From: Ptychomitrium polyphyllum | Lineage: Eukaryota | NCBI GenBank assembly: GCA_973851085.1 | Contig: OZ316775.1 | Span: forward strand, 21,390,001-21,454,000 | Direction of reading: 5' to 3' | DNA length: 64,000 nt | Shown: piece after piece, positions 13,440-25,915 of the stretch | Layout: each line of letters starts with the position of its first letter | Position numbering within the stretch: position 1 is the first letter of the stretch | Notes under the pieces: generated by a model | Database searches by the model: none | The model's input: only the letters and a program-made list of their open reading frames with translations | What the model was told of the DNA's origin: nothing | Made by a program: the position numbers and the translations under genes

Positions 13440-15645
13440 CTACAGAGATCGTAGAAGAGGGTAGTCGCGGAGAAGCTCTCTCTCGCTCAATGTGTCATTG
13501 TCGTCTTGAGGTGTCCACAGCACTTCCACGGCCTAAATTCACAAATGTAACATCCTGAGAAAATATTTACTATTTATCCAGAATCCATAGCTAGCTTCAC
13601 TACTCTTCACCAAATTGAAAGAAGTGGTTCGTGAAATAAGGGATGTTAGCAAGAACAGATTCGACAGACATACCTGAATGGAATCGGCTGGTATTGAACC
13701 CAGTTTTCTCAGGGCAGCTTTCAGATCAGCATTACCGTTAATTGATGGCAACTTATACTCCCCTTCAGCCGCTACCAAAATCGTCACCTTTTATATTGAT
13801 CACAAACAGAAGTGTGAGTGGTTAATAAAAGGGCTTATACACGCGCACAAATGTTTGAATGTGAACGTTTCGTTGACAGCCGGCTTAAATATTATCAAAG
13901 GAGCTTTGAGGAATGGAAAGCAAGTGACAGTTCAATCGAAGTGATTTAGCTCTTACCACAATGTACTCATTGTTGAATCTCTCTGACTTGGGTGTTCCCA
14001 TCATTCTCTTCCTCAAGTTGTTCACGTTGACGAGTGTCTCTTCATCAAACTTTCCTCTTTCCTCGAGGGAGAAATTGTTGAACCGCTCTTCAGCCGTGCT
14101 AACAGACCGACTTGTGTCTTGCTGGCACACAACACAAATTCAGAGCCCAAATCAGATGCACTTCAACATCCACATTAACAGTGGCGCTATTATGTATTAA
14201 CAAAGCAAATACTAATCAAATTTAACCATAACGACTACTAAAAAGGGTCAATATCAAGGCGAGATCAGTCGAGCATACCAATGTAAGACCAGAGATGCAA
14301 TAATCAGGATGCCTCATCAAAGCCAAGCACGTCTCTGCAATCATAATCAAGCTGCAGCTTAGTACCATAAAAGACTATCGTGTCGTAAAGTTCTAGTCTG
14401 ACGTGTAAAACTTCGAATGGCTAAGCTGTGTAAAACCGAGAGTGGACTCGAGGGAGTACCAGTGAGGACATAGTGCAGGCCCTCTGCTGTTGTTGTATCA
14501 GCCTGCCCTGCAATTCTGTCCAAGTCTCGCTGAAGTGTACGACCCATACCTAACAATCCCACCTGCATTACAGTGATAAACGTCAGATGTTCATACAGTA
14601 AACTTGATAGTCATGTCAACTTATTGGATATATACCATGGTACCACCCAAGCGGCATGAAAAGCTAGACACACCTTTCGAAATTTAAAAATTTGACATAC
14701 TGAGAGGAGCTTCAAAGCGACCAATTCAATGCCGGATGAGTCAACTTCAATCGCTACGGAAACAAAGAACATCTTGCACTTCAATCAGTGAGGTCACTGA
14801 TTCAGCAACACAATAATGCAATTCGATCTCAATAAATTTACCTGCAGCTTCAACACGCTGACCTTCTGCGCCCCCGAGAGCAGGGACCCACCCAGCCCTG
14901 ACCGCTCCGACACGAATCCATACACGGCTTGCAAAACGATAAACCCCAGGATGACCAGGAAGAAGATGCTGCCACCTCCCAGGCCAATTCCGTAAGCGGG
15001 AGCAGCGTACAAGCCACCCCCAAAGAATGGCGACGGAGCGGCATACGGCACAGCATACGAGAATCCCGGGCTGGGGGCAATGTACTGCCGGGGCATAGCG
15101 TAGCCCCCCGACGGTCCCGAATACGATCGGCTCGGAGCGGAGTACGACTTGCTCGAGAACGAGCTCCCACCCCCGACCCGTCCGCCCACGCGCCCGCCTC
15201 CTGCCGCCATTGCCATGTCCGGATTGCTTTGTGTCAGCAGCACAGACAGCATCACCGCCATCGTCGGCTTCGACCACTGCCTAACGCTCTCCGCCACGAC
15301 CTCTGCTCCTGGCTTCGACAGTGCCGACCAAAACTTCCCTCTAGTCTGCTGCGTCGTCGTCGTGCTCTCTCCTTCTGTATCACCATCTCCGCTCACCGCC
15401 GCCTCCACGCACCTGAGAAACCTCCTCTGATTGGCGATAGAACACCAACCAGTGCGGCCACAAAAACCCGCGACACTACCAAATAACTGGCTTTCAGACC
15501 CCGGTCCGGATGAGAGCTGCAGAGCAAGAGGATTCCAGGCAAAGCTGCGCAAGGTCGACGAATTAAAAACAGTGGCGCCACTGCCATACGCAAGGCCCAC
15601 CGGTCGCACGAGCATGTGACCACAGGCCACCGCCGCAAGAACCAT
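13440..15645 (-). CDS. FLAP1: DUF1517 family plastid membrane protein (FLAP1-like), ~6 exons
   Basis: Transit-peptide-like N-terminus, then GGRVGGRVGGGSSFS, a Gly/Tyr/Pro-rich stretch, a TM segment, VSVLKLQVGLLG, ERGKFDEETLVNVN, EYIVVTILVAAEG, VEVLWTPQ and C-terminal LLRDYPLLRSL*. Confidence 0.9.
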
Positions 15646-16395
15646 CCTAGTCAATTCTCTTGGCAGCCGACGGCAAAGAACTGAGCCCAGACAATAGAGG
15701 TCCAACTCTGATCGAAACTAACTTGCCTATTGCACACAACCGTGGGAATGTGCACACTCACGAGGGAGGTCGCAAGACAAAGCAAAGAGAAGAAACTAGC
15801 AATGGTCGTGAAACTAGAAATGGATATCAAGAGAAGGCAGAGACTACACACCCCCAGGTGACAGCGGTACGCGAAGGAATTCTCACTAGAACAAGCAGCG
15901 GTGGCGCCACCAGATAGGATAGGAAGTAGAAGCGCGTGGAAGCAAGCTAGAGTTCGTGACGCGGGATTCGCCAACCAAAATATCTGAGAGTCTAACAAAC
16001 CGGCAGCACTGTACCAGGATTAATCGATGGTCACTACATGGATAAGCCAAGCTCAAGCTAGCTAGCGAGGAAGCTGCAAGAAACGAGAGATCTAGATTCT
16101 AGAGAGGGACTCGATCAGACTGGTCGATGAAAGTGGTGGGAGTGGGGTGTGCGTGAGGTGGAAGTGCATGACTCCTTTTGCCAAGCGCGCAGCCACGGTG
16201 CGATGCGGCCCTCGAGTGGAGACTGAGAGACTGACGAGCGCTGGAGTCTGCAGCTGGCACGAGAGCCACTCCCTGGCGCTGCCAATGGTCTCGCGCGCTG
16301 CGAGCTGGTGCGGAGCCTCATCCTCGGCTGCGCCAATCCCCTCCCCCCGCTGCCCTCAGTGGGCCCCACCCTCCTTGCCCTGCCCCACTCCCCCC

Positions 16396-16800
16396 TTTCT
16401 TCGTTTCTTCCTACCCTCTTTCTTTCCTTCTTTCTTTCCTTCTTTCTTTCCTTCTTTCTTTCCTTCTTTCTTTCCTTCTTTCTTTCCTTCTTTCTTTCCT
16501 TCCTTCCTTCCTGCTTTCCTTCCTTCCTCCCTTCCTCCTTCCTTTCTTTCTTTCCTTCCTTCCTTCTTTCCTTCCTTCCTTCCTGCTTTCCTTCCTTCCT
16601 CCCTTCCTCCTTCCTTTCTTTCTTTCCTTCCTTCCTTCTTTCCTTCCTTCCTTCCTGCTTTCCTTCCTTCCTCCCTTCCTCCCTTCCTCCTTCCTTTCTT
16701 TCTTTCCTTCCTTCCTTCTTTCCTTCCTTCCTTCCTTCCTCCTTCCTTTCTTTCTTTCCTTCCTTCCTTTCTTTCTTTCCTTCCTTCTTTCCTTCTTTCT
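16396..16800. repeat. ~400-bp polypyrimidine/polypurine compound repeat ((TTTC)/(TTCC) units with a higher-order ~60-bp period)
   Basis: The + strand is almost purely C/T. The marker CCTGCTTTCC recurs three times, about 70 bp apart. Confidence 0.93.
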
Positions 16801-17775
16801 CCTTTCGCTTCCTACAACAAACAACAAAATCCATTGATAAAAAAAAATCTCAATGCAACCTTTTGAAAGATTACCAAGGGAAGAACCTTTTATATCTTTT
16901 AAGGAAGCCAAACATAACAAATTAGTAACAAATAGGATTAAATGTAAAACCTAGTGATATCATCTAATTTTTAAACCTTTTCTTTTTAATCTAAAATGCC
17001 TTTTTGCATCCAAGAATTGTCAAATGTTCCTACAATGATTTCTTTTTCATTCTTCCAAATGAGGGGCATTTATTCAACTTGGAACTTTAAAATATTGGAA
17101 ATTTTTTGGTATTTTATAAATATAAAAATACATTTAGCTTTTGCTATAAATTTTAGATTAAACATGTTCAATGTTAAAAGACAATGTGGTTATTGTTTTT
17201 TATTAAATTTTTAACTTTCCTACCAAATAAATATTTCATCTTATTTTTATATAATATACATCAATTTATTATGTGTAATATAAAAGAAAGAAAGAAAAGA
17301 AGTGAAATTGAAATTAATTCTTTTAAATACTAGCTTTGATCTATATTCATTCTTAATTTCATGTCTTACTAGTATGTTTTTTTTTTTTAACATTTAGAAG
17401 TCAAATTATAAAAAATCAAATTCTAAACCATATTTTGGCCTTTTTCTTTTCTTATAATAAAATAATAAAATTAAAATGTTCTTCCTATATGATGGTTTTC
17501 ATTTTGGTTTCATATTAATTTCCATTTACAAAATTTTATTTTATTTTTTTAAAATTCACGTTGTAAACTTATAAACTTAATAGATACATTTGAAATCTTG
17601 AAAAGTGAAAATTTCTTATATAAATAATTTGTGGTATTAAAAATTGGACTTCATTAAAAATGGTACAATTTTATAATATTTTTTCTAAAAAGTTTAATCT
17701 TTTATAAAATGAATTCATTAATTTTTTGTACAATAAATTAATTCATTAATTTATTAAACATTCACAAACTATTTA

Positions 17776-17838
17776 ATTAAAAAGGACTTAGTTAAAAAGG
17801 ACTTAATTAAAAAGGACTTAGTTGAGAAAAGGATTTAA
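17776..17838. repeat. 15-bp tandem repeat (AAAAAGGACTTARTT), ~4 copies
   Basis: Directly visible; the last copy is degenerate. Confidence 0.85.
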
Positions 17839-18216
17839 TACTGATTCTTGATTATTACAATGTTGAAAATATAGATGTACAAAACAAAATTATTAGAACA
17901 AAAAAATTCCATCCTTTTCATGACTCAACAATTTCACTAAATTTTTTCCATATGCTTAAAAGAAATCCCTTAATGGCATGTCCATAAAAATTTCTTGAAG
18001 CAAAAGCTAGAATACATGGAGAATCATTTGCCAACAACAACTTTTTACAAAGGAAAAGAATGGACTTCAGGTATACTAAATGCTATTTATTAAAACTGTT
18101 AGATATCCAACATGAAAATGCCACATTAACTCTTGCATACGGTACGTATGGCATGTAGCAGAAACAACGCTTGTCAGGAACAACAAGAGACTCAGTGCTC
18201 AAGCTGATGCTTACAG

Positions 18217-20234
18217 GAAGACCGAGGTAGAAAACGTCCAGAAGCACGAAAAATTTTCACCAAAATGCATGAGCTTCAAAAGGAAGCAGAGAAGCTGCTT
18301 TAGAAGTACAAGAAGTTGATGAAACTCAAAAAGAAAATGAAGAACACAAGAGTGAAATTAATGCTTGAAAGGAGAAAGAGGAAAACATGCTGCAAAACAA
18401 GAGCAACCTTAAAGCCGAAGTAGGGAAGCAGTATAATATGTATATCAGCGCTGGTACTAGTTATGAAGTGGCAAAGACGGAACAAACAACTGCATAGAAA
18501 GAGCATGCAGAAGACAATCTAGCTATGAATGCACGGCTAGAGTATCTGGAGTCTCAGCTTGCAGCCGGGAGGGAATGATAAACATTCTCATAGAGAGAGC
18601 ATGAAGAGTCTAAGCAAATACTTTCAGAAATGGACGCAAAGCTAGAACTTCTGGAGTCTCAACTTGCAGAAGGAGAACAGGCAGTCATGACTGTTTCGAA
18701 GAACACCGTCGACTGTTGTCTTTGCAATCGCAGATTGCCGAGCTTCAGGTAGGTAAGGTACGGTTCCTAGAAGTCCAACTAGAATTTTTTGTTTTCTAGT
18801 AGCATTTTGATTCCAAGAGTAATACAAATATGCACTTCGCGCTTAGCGAGCCTCAAGGTTTTTTGTGCCTTACATGCAGCAGATTAAAGGCTTTACAGAA
18901 TATGACATATCATTAATAAATTTAATATTAAAAATAGCTTGGGGGCGTGATATCCTGGTTTAGCTGCAAGAAGCATTGGATGCGCCGTGTGATGGCGAGA
19001 GAAGTAAAATCAACTCTAAAGCTGATAGTGTATCAATGGAATTACTGTAGGAGGTGGAGCAGTTGGTTCGTACGTTTCCAGAGGATGTGAGAGTATGTCA
19101 GGTACTGTTTTCAAATTTCTCATTTTAAATGATGAATTACAGTACTATTATATTGGTCCGGATTATGTACTCTTTACTAGAAACAGGCTTTTAAGTTTGT
19201 TCTGACCACTCATGTACTAACACACAATCGCGTTGGCACGATATAGAATTTCCACTATGCATCAGGATATGATACTTTGTTACGCAACAGGGAAGAAAAA
19301 AATGTGGACAAGATGATGAGCTATGTACATGCCGCATTGCATGAAGCTGCCAAAAATTGGAAGACAACCCAAGATGATGTAGAGAAGATAATATCGAGTT
19401 GTCGAAAATATCTTGTAGACGCAGTTCTGGGGCACGAGGAGCCTGCTTCTAAAACGAAAGCACCTCCAAGGGAAATCCCACATCACGTTCTGAAGCACAT
19501 TTCAGATGACTCAGAGGTGCGATGCATTTGTATTCTTGCCTTCTTTAATGAATGTATGTAATATCTACTTCATATATAGTAACTTGGCTTGATTATTAGA
19601 GTGATTGCTTTGTAACTTCCGTCTTCATAAATTTACTCCACTCGGTAAGCTTGAGTTGTCAATTTGTTCTAAATCAAGTTGGTCTTGGTTGGCTTTCTGT
19701 AACTGACTTCTTTAGTGTGCTGACGGTGGATTCATGAAGGACGATAGCATGGAAGGAACAACCACAGAAGAAACACAAACTTTTGACCACTCAAACCAAG
19801 CTCAGAAAAAGGTAAGCTATCTGATCAAAGAAGCACATGTACAGGACAAGCAGAATGTATGAAGTAGGTTAAAACCTTACAAACCAGAATGATGGGACAT
19901 GAATTTTGCAACTAACTAAGAACATTCTTTTGTCATGACCTGATTTCAGACCATCCTCTTGTTCGTCATCCAGCCAAAATTGCCAGCTAAGCGGGGGGAT
20001 CCTCGAAGATTTGTGACGGGTCATCGACATGGGTCAAATCTCCTCCACGGGAGAAGGCCATCTGTGACGGACGTCCTGCCTTCGCAAATGCACACATGTC
20101 CAGTGTCATTAAAGCTCCAACTGAACTGCAGAGCCAATTCATCCGTATCTGCACAGCAAGCACCGTCAATAATCGAGGTTGTTTCTGGTCATTTTTTTGT
20201 TCGTTGCCATCTTCAATCTCCGAGTGATTTGTAG
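18217..20234 (+). pseudogene. Decayed multi-exon gene for a coiled-coil protein of unknown family
   Basis: One frame across 18300-18750 reads LEVQEVDETQKENEEHKSEINA*KEKEENML...TTA*KEHAEDNLAMNARLEYLESQLAAGRE**...MDAKLELLESQLAEGEQ. It is E/K/Q-rich, has several in-frame stops and an internal repeat. More exon-like blocks with AG/GT borders lie at ~18964-19101, 19267-19516, 19740-19811 and from 19950. Confidence 0.65.
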
Positions 20235-20795
20235 ATTAATCTAACTTATAAACAATTGTCACCCCACCATTGTCATAGCAGCTCTTGGAGTCCCTCGACA
20301 CTTGTAAGATTTTTCACTCAACAGCAATTAATCTGTTAAAACTTAATTCGTTCATTGCGTGAAGCCATGATGTTTACTTATTATATTTCACTTTACCACG
20401 TCACTTGCCACGCGAAGTAAAATCTGAGATCTATCTTTCTTCCTGTTCAGTCATTAATCCTGCTGCCTCGCAAAAAAGGACACTCGTAATCAACCTGCTC
20501 ATCATGAACTTAGAATCATGGAGCCGATGCTGGTGAACTGAGTATCCCTCATCCTGACAGTGTTCAATGCTGAGATCAGCAACTTCTGCATGGTTGCCCT
20601 AATGCAGTTCATATAGCTTACAGAGCTTGCTCGAGTGGAGAAAGATGCGGAATTGTCTGAAGACTCGATTATGACAATATGAAGTTAAGAAACATGGATT
20701 CATCCCATCTTTTTAGATGTGTCAACTTGAAACGTACATACTTTAACAAAATTGAAAAGGGGCTACAGTAAAGATATAAAAATTTCTATAGATGA

Positions 20796-23700
20796 TTATG
20801 TAATGGGTTGTTGGCGCAAGGGCATGAGCTGCTTTGACAAAGCCAACGGAACATGAGCCTTCACTAGTGTCCCCCTATCTGTGTACTCCTGCATTTCAGG
20901 GAAATAAAAAGGTCCACATTAATGCAAAAAGATCAGAAGATCGTGGTCGTTAGAACACTGGCTACCCTAGTCTCAGGGACTCTACAACTATTGAGCGTAA
21001 ATCTCCATTATAAATCATTGAAAGAACAGGCAATGAAAATACTGAGATAAACCTACAGTATCACAGTACTACAGAGGTTCAGGCCAACTCAGTATTATTC
21101 TCTACGTAACTAAAGATGAATCCTTTTATTTTGAACCAGACACACCTAAAAATGACTTAATGTACCTGATTCCTATTCCAAGGACTTACAAGATACTCAC
21201 TAACCTCAAGCTCCACTATGCCCAAGCGATGAATAAGATTGACAAGCTCCCCTTGCCCATACGGTATTATAGCCTCCACATGCACCATCAAATCCTGTAG
21301 AAAACACATAGAGATGATAAACCAAAGGCATCTCAGGCTACTTAAACACGCTAGACTATTCTTTGCCTCTTGCTCCATGGCGCATACTGTTGAATCCTCC
21401 TCTATCACCATCATCAGATTACCAAAAACCACAATTCAATTTGGCAAAACAAGTCCAACAATATACACTTCTGTTTTGTCTTTACCTTTAACTTATTTTC
21501 AACTGCCTCGTGGAACTCCTTCATGCCCTCGCCTGTCAAAGCAGAAATGCACACTACATCCCCACGATTGGCAGCCTCAAGTTTTAGTGCTTCAGGGTCT
21601 TCTGCCTTGTCAAACTGTACATATAGTAGCCACAACAAACAATACTTGTTTCAACAGGATGTAGAGATCCAAATCGACTGTGTAGGGAAACATGGTTTAG
21701 GATGCATTCAAACTTAAAAGTAAGACGAGCACTAAAAGCAGCTAATGAAGGGAATGTTAGCGTAGAATCCAAGCCCAAATTGCCTCTCTACAGCACAAGA
21801 CAAATTTATTTCCCTGAAATCATTTGTTCAACACTAACCAGAGACACAAATCTAAGAATATATACAAAACAAGATAGACGAAGAAGAGCAGCGTCAAGAC
21901 CACATACTTTGTTCCAAACACATAGATAAGGGATATGTCCGACATCAAGGTCATTCAACACGCTATCCACTGCTTCTCTTTGTTGTGCTGCCATCGGGTG
22001 ACTGGATCACAACGTACATCTTCAATGCATCATCATACACAACCATAATGAAACATCTCTAGACAAAGTCGACCAACCAATCTCGATTTGACCTCAAGCA
22101 CATCAATCTCTTCACTGGAAAATAATCATACTATAATGACAACATCTCAAAGATCTTCCATTTTCTCCCAATCCCTTTCACCACCTGCTACAAGAAGAAA
22201 GCCTTAAAACTGACAAAGAGCACTTAAAGTGAATGAAAATGGCAGAATGAAGACGATACCTGACATCCATAACATGTAATAGCAGAGATGAGTCACTAAT
22301 CTCCTCTAAGGTGGCCCTAAAAGCTGCCACCTGTTTCAGGTAATAATGGACATAGTTAAGACAGGCATGAAATAGATAACAAGCACAATACCGGTAACTT
22401 TTTAATTTTGAGAAAATTTGATACAATTGATCCTGCATTGAAGGTCTCTCCACAAAACTAAAATAAGGTGTAACCACGTTACAAGAAATATAGGGCTAGC
22501 TCATAAGAGTATCTTATTCCAGTTTAGTTTCTTGGATAGGAAGGGATAATACGTACAAGCTGTGTAGGAAGTTTCTGTATGAATCCCACAGTGTCGGTAA
22601 AAAGACATTCCTTCCCATTCGGTAGCTGTCAAAACATCCACAACCAATAAATAAGAGCAACCCAGGTGGAGGACATCAAGACCACAGGAAGGATTTGTGG
22701 AGCACCCACTTCATTGATAAGAGGCAGAACTCATGCACGCATTTTTGTACAAGAGATTATCGTAACTTGTTGTTAAACAACTCCATAACAGGTAAAACAG
22801 CAATCTATAACATCTGGAAGTTCCGTAATGCACACAACCAGGACAATCGTCTGGTAAAGATAGACCAGATCAGAATCCTACCTCCACACGCCGAGTCGTT
22901 GGATCCAAAGTTGCAAAAAGTCGATCCTCTGCCAAAACCCCAGCTCCACTGAGCCTATTCAGCAACGTACTTTTTCCTGCATTTGTGTATCCAACCTAAA
23001 TACAAAACAGAGAGAATGTCAACCAGCGGGTTTAGTTTCTGCTAAAAAATGTACTCAACTTCCTACCCCATACTAGCCCCACTTCTTGCTTTCAAAATGC
23101 AGCAGGAAACAAACTTGCGTGCTCAAGTATAGGGTTCGCAAACGCGTCCATATAACCATCAAGGTTTCTATTACAGACTTTTAAGTCGAAAAGGCAACGC
23201 TCATATTTTCTAACAGCAAAACAGGAGACGCTGGCATTATGACAGGTCCAAACAACAACCTAAACTCTATCTCAATCGCAGAGTATCAAGTGACTATCTA
23301 CTTCAAATTGGTTGTAAATACGGATAGGTTAGATTAGTACAACTCAATCTATTGATAGAGTATGATCATGCCAGTTTTAGTGAAGATGTTGAGCAATGTG
23401 GACAAAGTGCAGGATGTAAATATAACGTATAAAATCAGATTAGTACATATTCATGTTTGACAAAACTAGTGAGAGAACGAAATATGATTCGATAGTAGTA
23501 CCAAAGAAACGACAGGTATTGGAACAGATGCTCTACGATCACGGTACTGTTGCCTATGACCCCGTACCGTCTCCAGTTGCTTTTTCAGCTGTGCAATCTG
23601 TATAAAAAAAACTCGGTTTCATCAATATCTAACAAACGGAATACAAAAAGAATAGATTCCTCTAAGCACCTGAAATAATTAAGAGTTTGAAAGCTGGTTC

Positions 23701-25695
23701 AACAGCAAAAATCTCACCTGAGTTCGAAGAATACGCTTATCAACTTCAATCTGCTTCTCTCCCATCCCCTTGACCAAACCTCCAGCTTGACGTTCCAAAT
23801 GAGTCCACATACGGGTCAGTCTGGGAAGCTGGTACTCAAATTGAGCCAAATCCACCTATAATGGAATGCACCAAGTGCCAGAAAAACCTGTTTTGTTAGT
23901 ACAAAGACAACGCTGCTAATCAAGCAGGTCTCTGACGACTAAGGGCTTCTATTACACTATAAAAGCATGCCAAAAAAAAGACTAATACTCAAGACAGCTC
24001 CTGCATATATAGCACGAAGAACCTGCAATGTAGCTTCGCGTGTTGCAGCTCGTTGGCTAAAAATGTCTAGAATCAATGCAGTTCTGTCGCACACCCGAAC
24101 ATCACCACCAAATGCCTTTTCAAGGTTTCGAAGCTGCCTGCACTTGACCAACGATAATTCCAAGTTCAGCAAAAACAGTCCGAGCATCCTGAACAAATCA
24201 TACACTGTGTACTAGAAAGAAAGCGTCAATTACCAGATATCCGTGACTCTGGTTCTGATAGCACTTTCACAAGCATGCAGGAGGCAATTCATATGATTTT
24301 TGTAACTTTACTCTTAAACGAGCAAATTCTTTCCGCTCCCAGAAAACAATTCACATGCATGAAGTCTCTCTACCTTGCTTAAGATACTCCACCATCATCC
24401 AAAAGTGCAAAGTAAAAAAATGAGCTTCCATTTGTTGCCCGCTAGAACACCACGACAAGAAGCACCAAACTCTCACCCAGGTGATAGCTCATCGTCAAAA
24501 ATGACCGTCTCCACCTTGAGTGCTTTCACCGCCGTCGCTACTTGAGAAACCTTTCCAGCCCCGACGTAAGTTCTTGGGCTCGGATTCTCGAGTCTGTTGA
24601 AGGATTGCTACTTGTAAGTACGCGGAAATTACAGCTCTGATTCTCAAGCCTGTCGAACGAGTGCTACTTGTAAGTAAACGGAATGCTATGCTGCTACCAT
24701 GTCCTATCCACATCATCATCTAAACAATCTCCAACAGTACCACATTCATGTCTCCTCAAACAAACATCAAAGAAGCCTTGAAATGATTGCAAATGCCACA
24801 ATGGTAAACTTCTAAACTGAAAACTAGAATTGCAATACAATTCAAAGACGTTATGCAGACGTACTTCTGATAAGTGGTCCCCACAACCGTAAGCCCTGCA
24901 GTGTCGGCCAACTGCGCCAGCTCCTCCAAAGATTCGGCAATACCAAATGAGGATCGTGGTCCAGCGCCCTTACGCTCTATGCCTACCAAATACGCCCTCT
25001 CTTCAAATACCTGATATCGACCATTATAAGCTTTAAAACCATGTCTACAAACAATTTCTCCTGTAACTCTAATTTGCACATACATTGTGAAGACCATTTA
25101 AATAAGAGCGAAATTACTCAAATTCTGCCCAAAGCTCTCTGAGATTGTAATCGCATCAAAAATTGCCAGAAGTGTAGCATTCACAAACCTCTCTGCCATT
25201 CTGATACCGAATTCGCTTGGCCAAGTCATCCTCCACGCGTTGATTGGCTTGCGGGTAAATGATCGTTGTCTCAGAGCTCGCTCCTGCTCCATTTCGACTC
25301 CAATACTCATTCTCCTTCCCTCCACCTTCCCCTACTTCTTCACCTTCTGCATCTTCGATTGTTGTCCCTCTATGCCCTATCACTCCAACCTCAACCTCCT
25401 CCGCCGATTCTGCAACAAAACCTCCATTCACAGCTCCATATCGGCCACTAGCACTACCACTACCAATAACTTCCTTGCTCAAAAGCCGGTTCAATTCCAC
25501 CGCCTCCTCCTCCGCATAAACTCTCTCCCCTCCTGTCGCCTCGCTACTCTCACACCTCACACCACAGTAGCTCCTCCCCTTCACTGCCCAACTTACCGCC
25601 AACCTCGCTCCACAAAATGAATCAACACTGGCCGTGGAGGTCAGCACTCGGATCAAACTCGACGACGCAGTGACAGCGGAAACGCAGAGCGCCAT
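20796..25695 (-). CDS. hflX: HflX-family GTPase, organellar (probably chloroplast), ~12 exons
   Basis: Exon peptides include [64 protein letters not shown]1 [45 protein letters not shown] and ISALTGEG. The N-terminus looks like a transit peptide. Confidence 0.95.
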
Positions 25696-25743
25696 CGCTC
25701 CCTCTAAATAAAAGCTGTCAATGCCCTATCCAACCTCGCGCCG

Positions 25744-25915
25744 AAACCCTAAGCGTCAATCATCACCGAAACCGATTCTCATGAATTGTAATCAGCTGGG
25801 AAGTGGACTAAATGCCGATGAGGATAACGTTGTCCGGGTTCTTATGACTGCGATTCTCAGAAAGCCAGGGCCACAATCTAACTTCGAAAGCCTAAACCAC
25901 GAGCCTAAACCCTAA
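25744..25915. promoter_or_regulatory. Two telo-boxes (AAACCCTAA) upstream of HflX
   Basis: Exact matches at 25744-25752 and 25907-25915. Confidence 0.55.

Noticed and set aside
14747..15638. Multiple alternative-frame and antisense ORFs
   Set aside because: Shadows of the GC-rich first exon of the FLAP1-like gene.
16115..16925. Four long ORFs (169-239 aa) rich in K/E/R/G or F/L/P/S
   Set aside because: They are open only because the C/T tract lacks stop codons.
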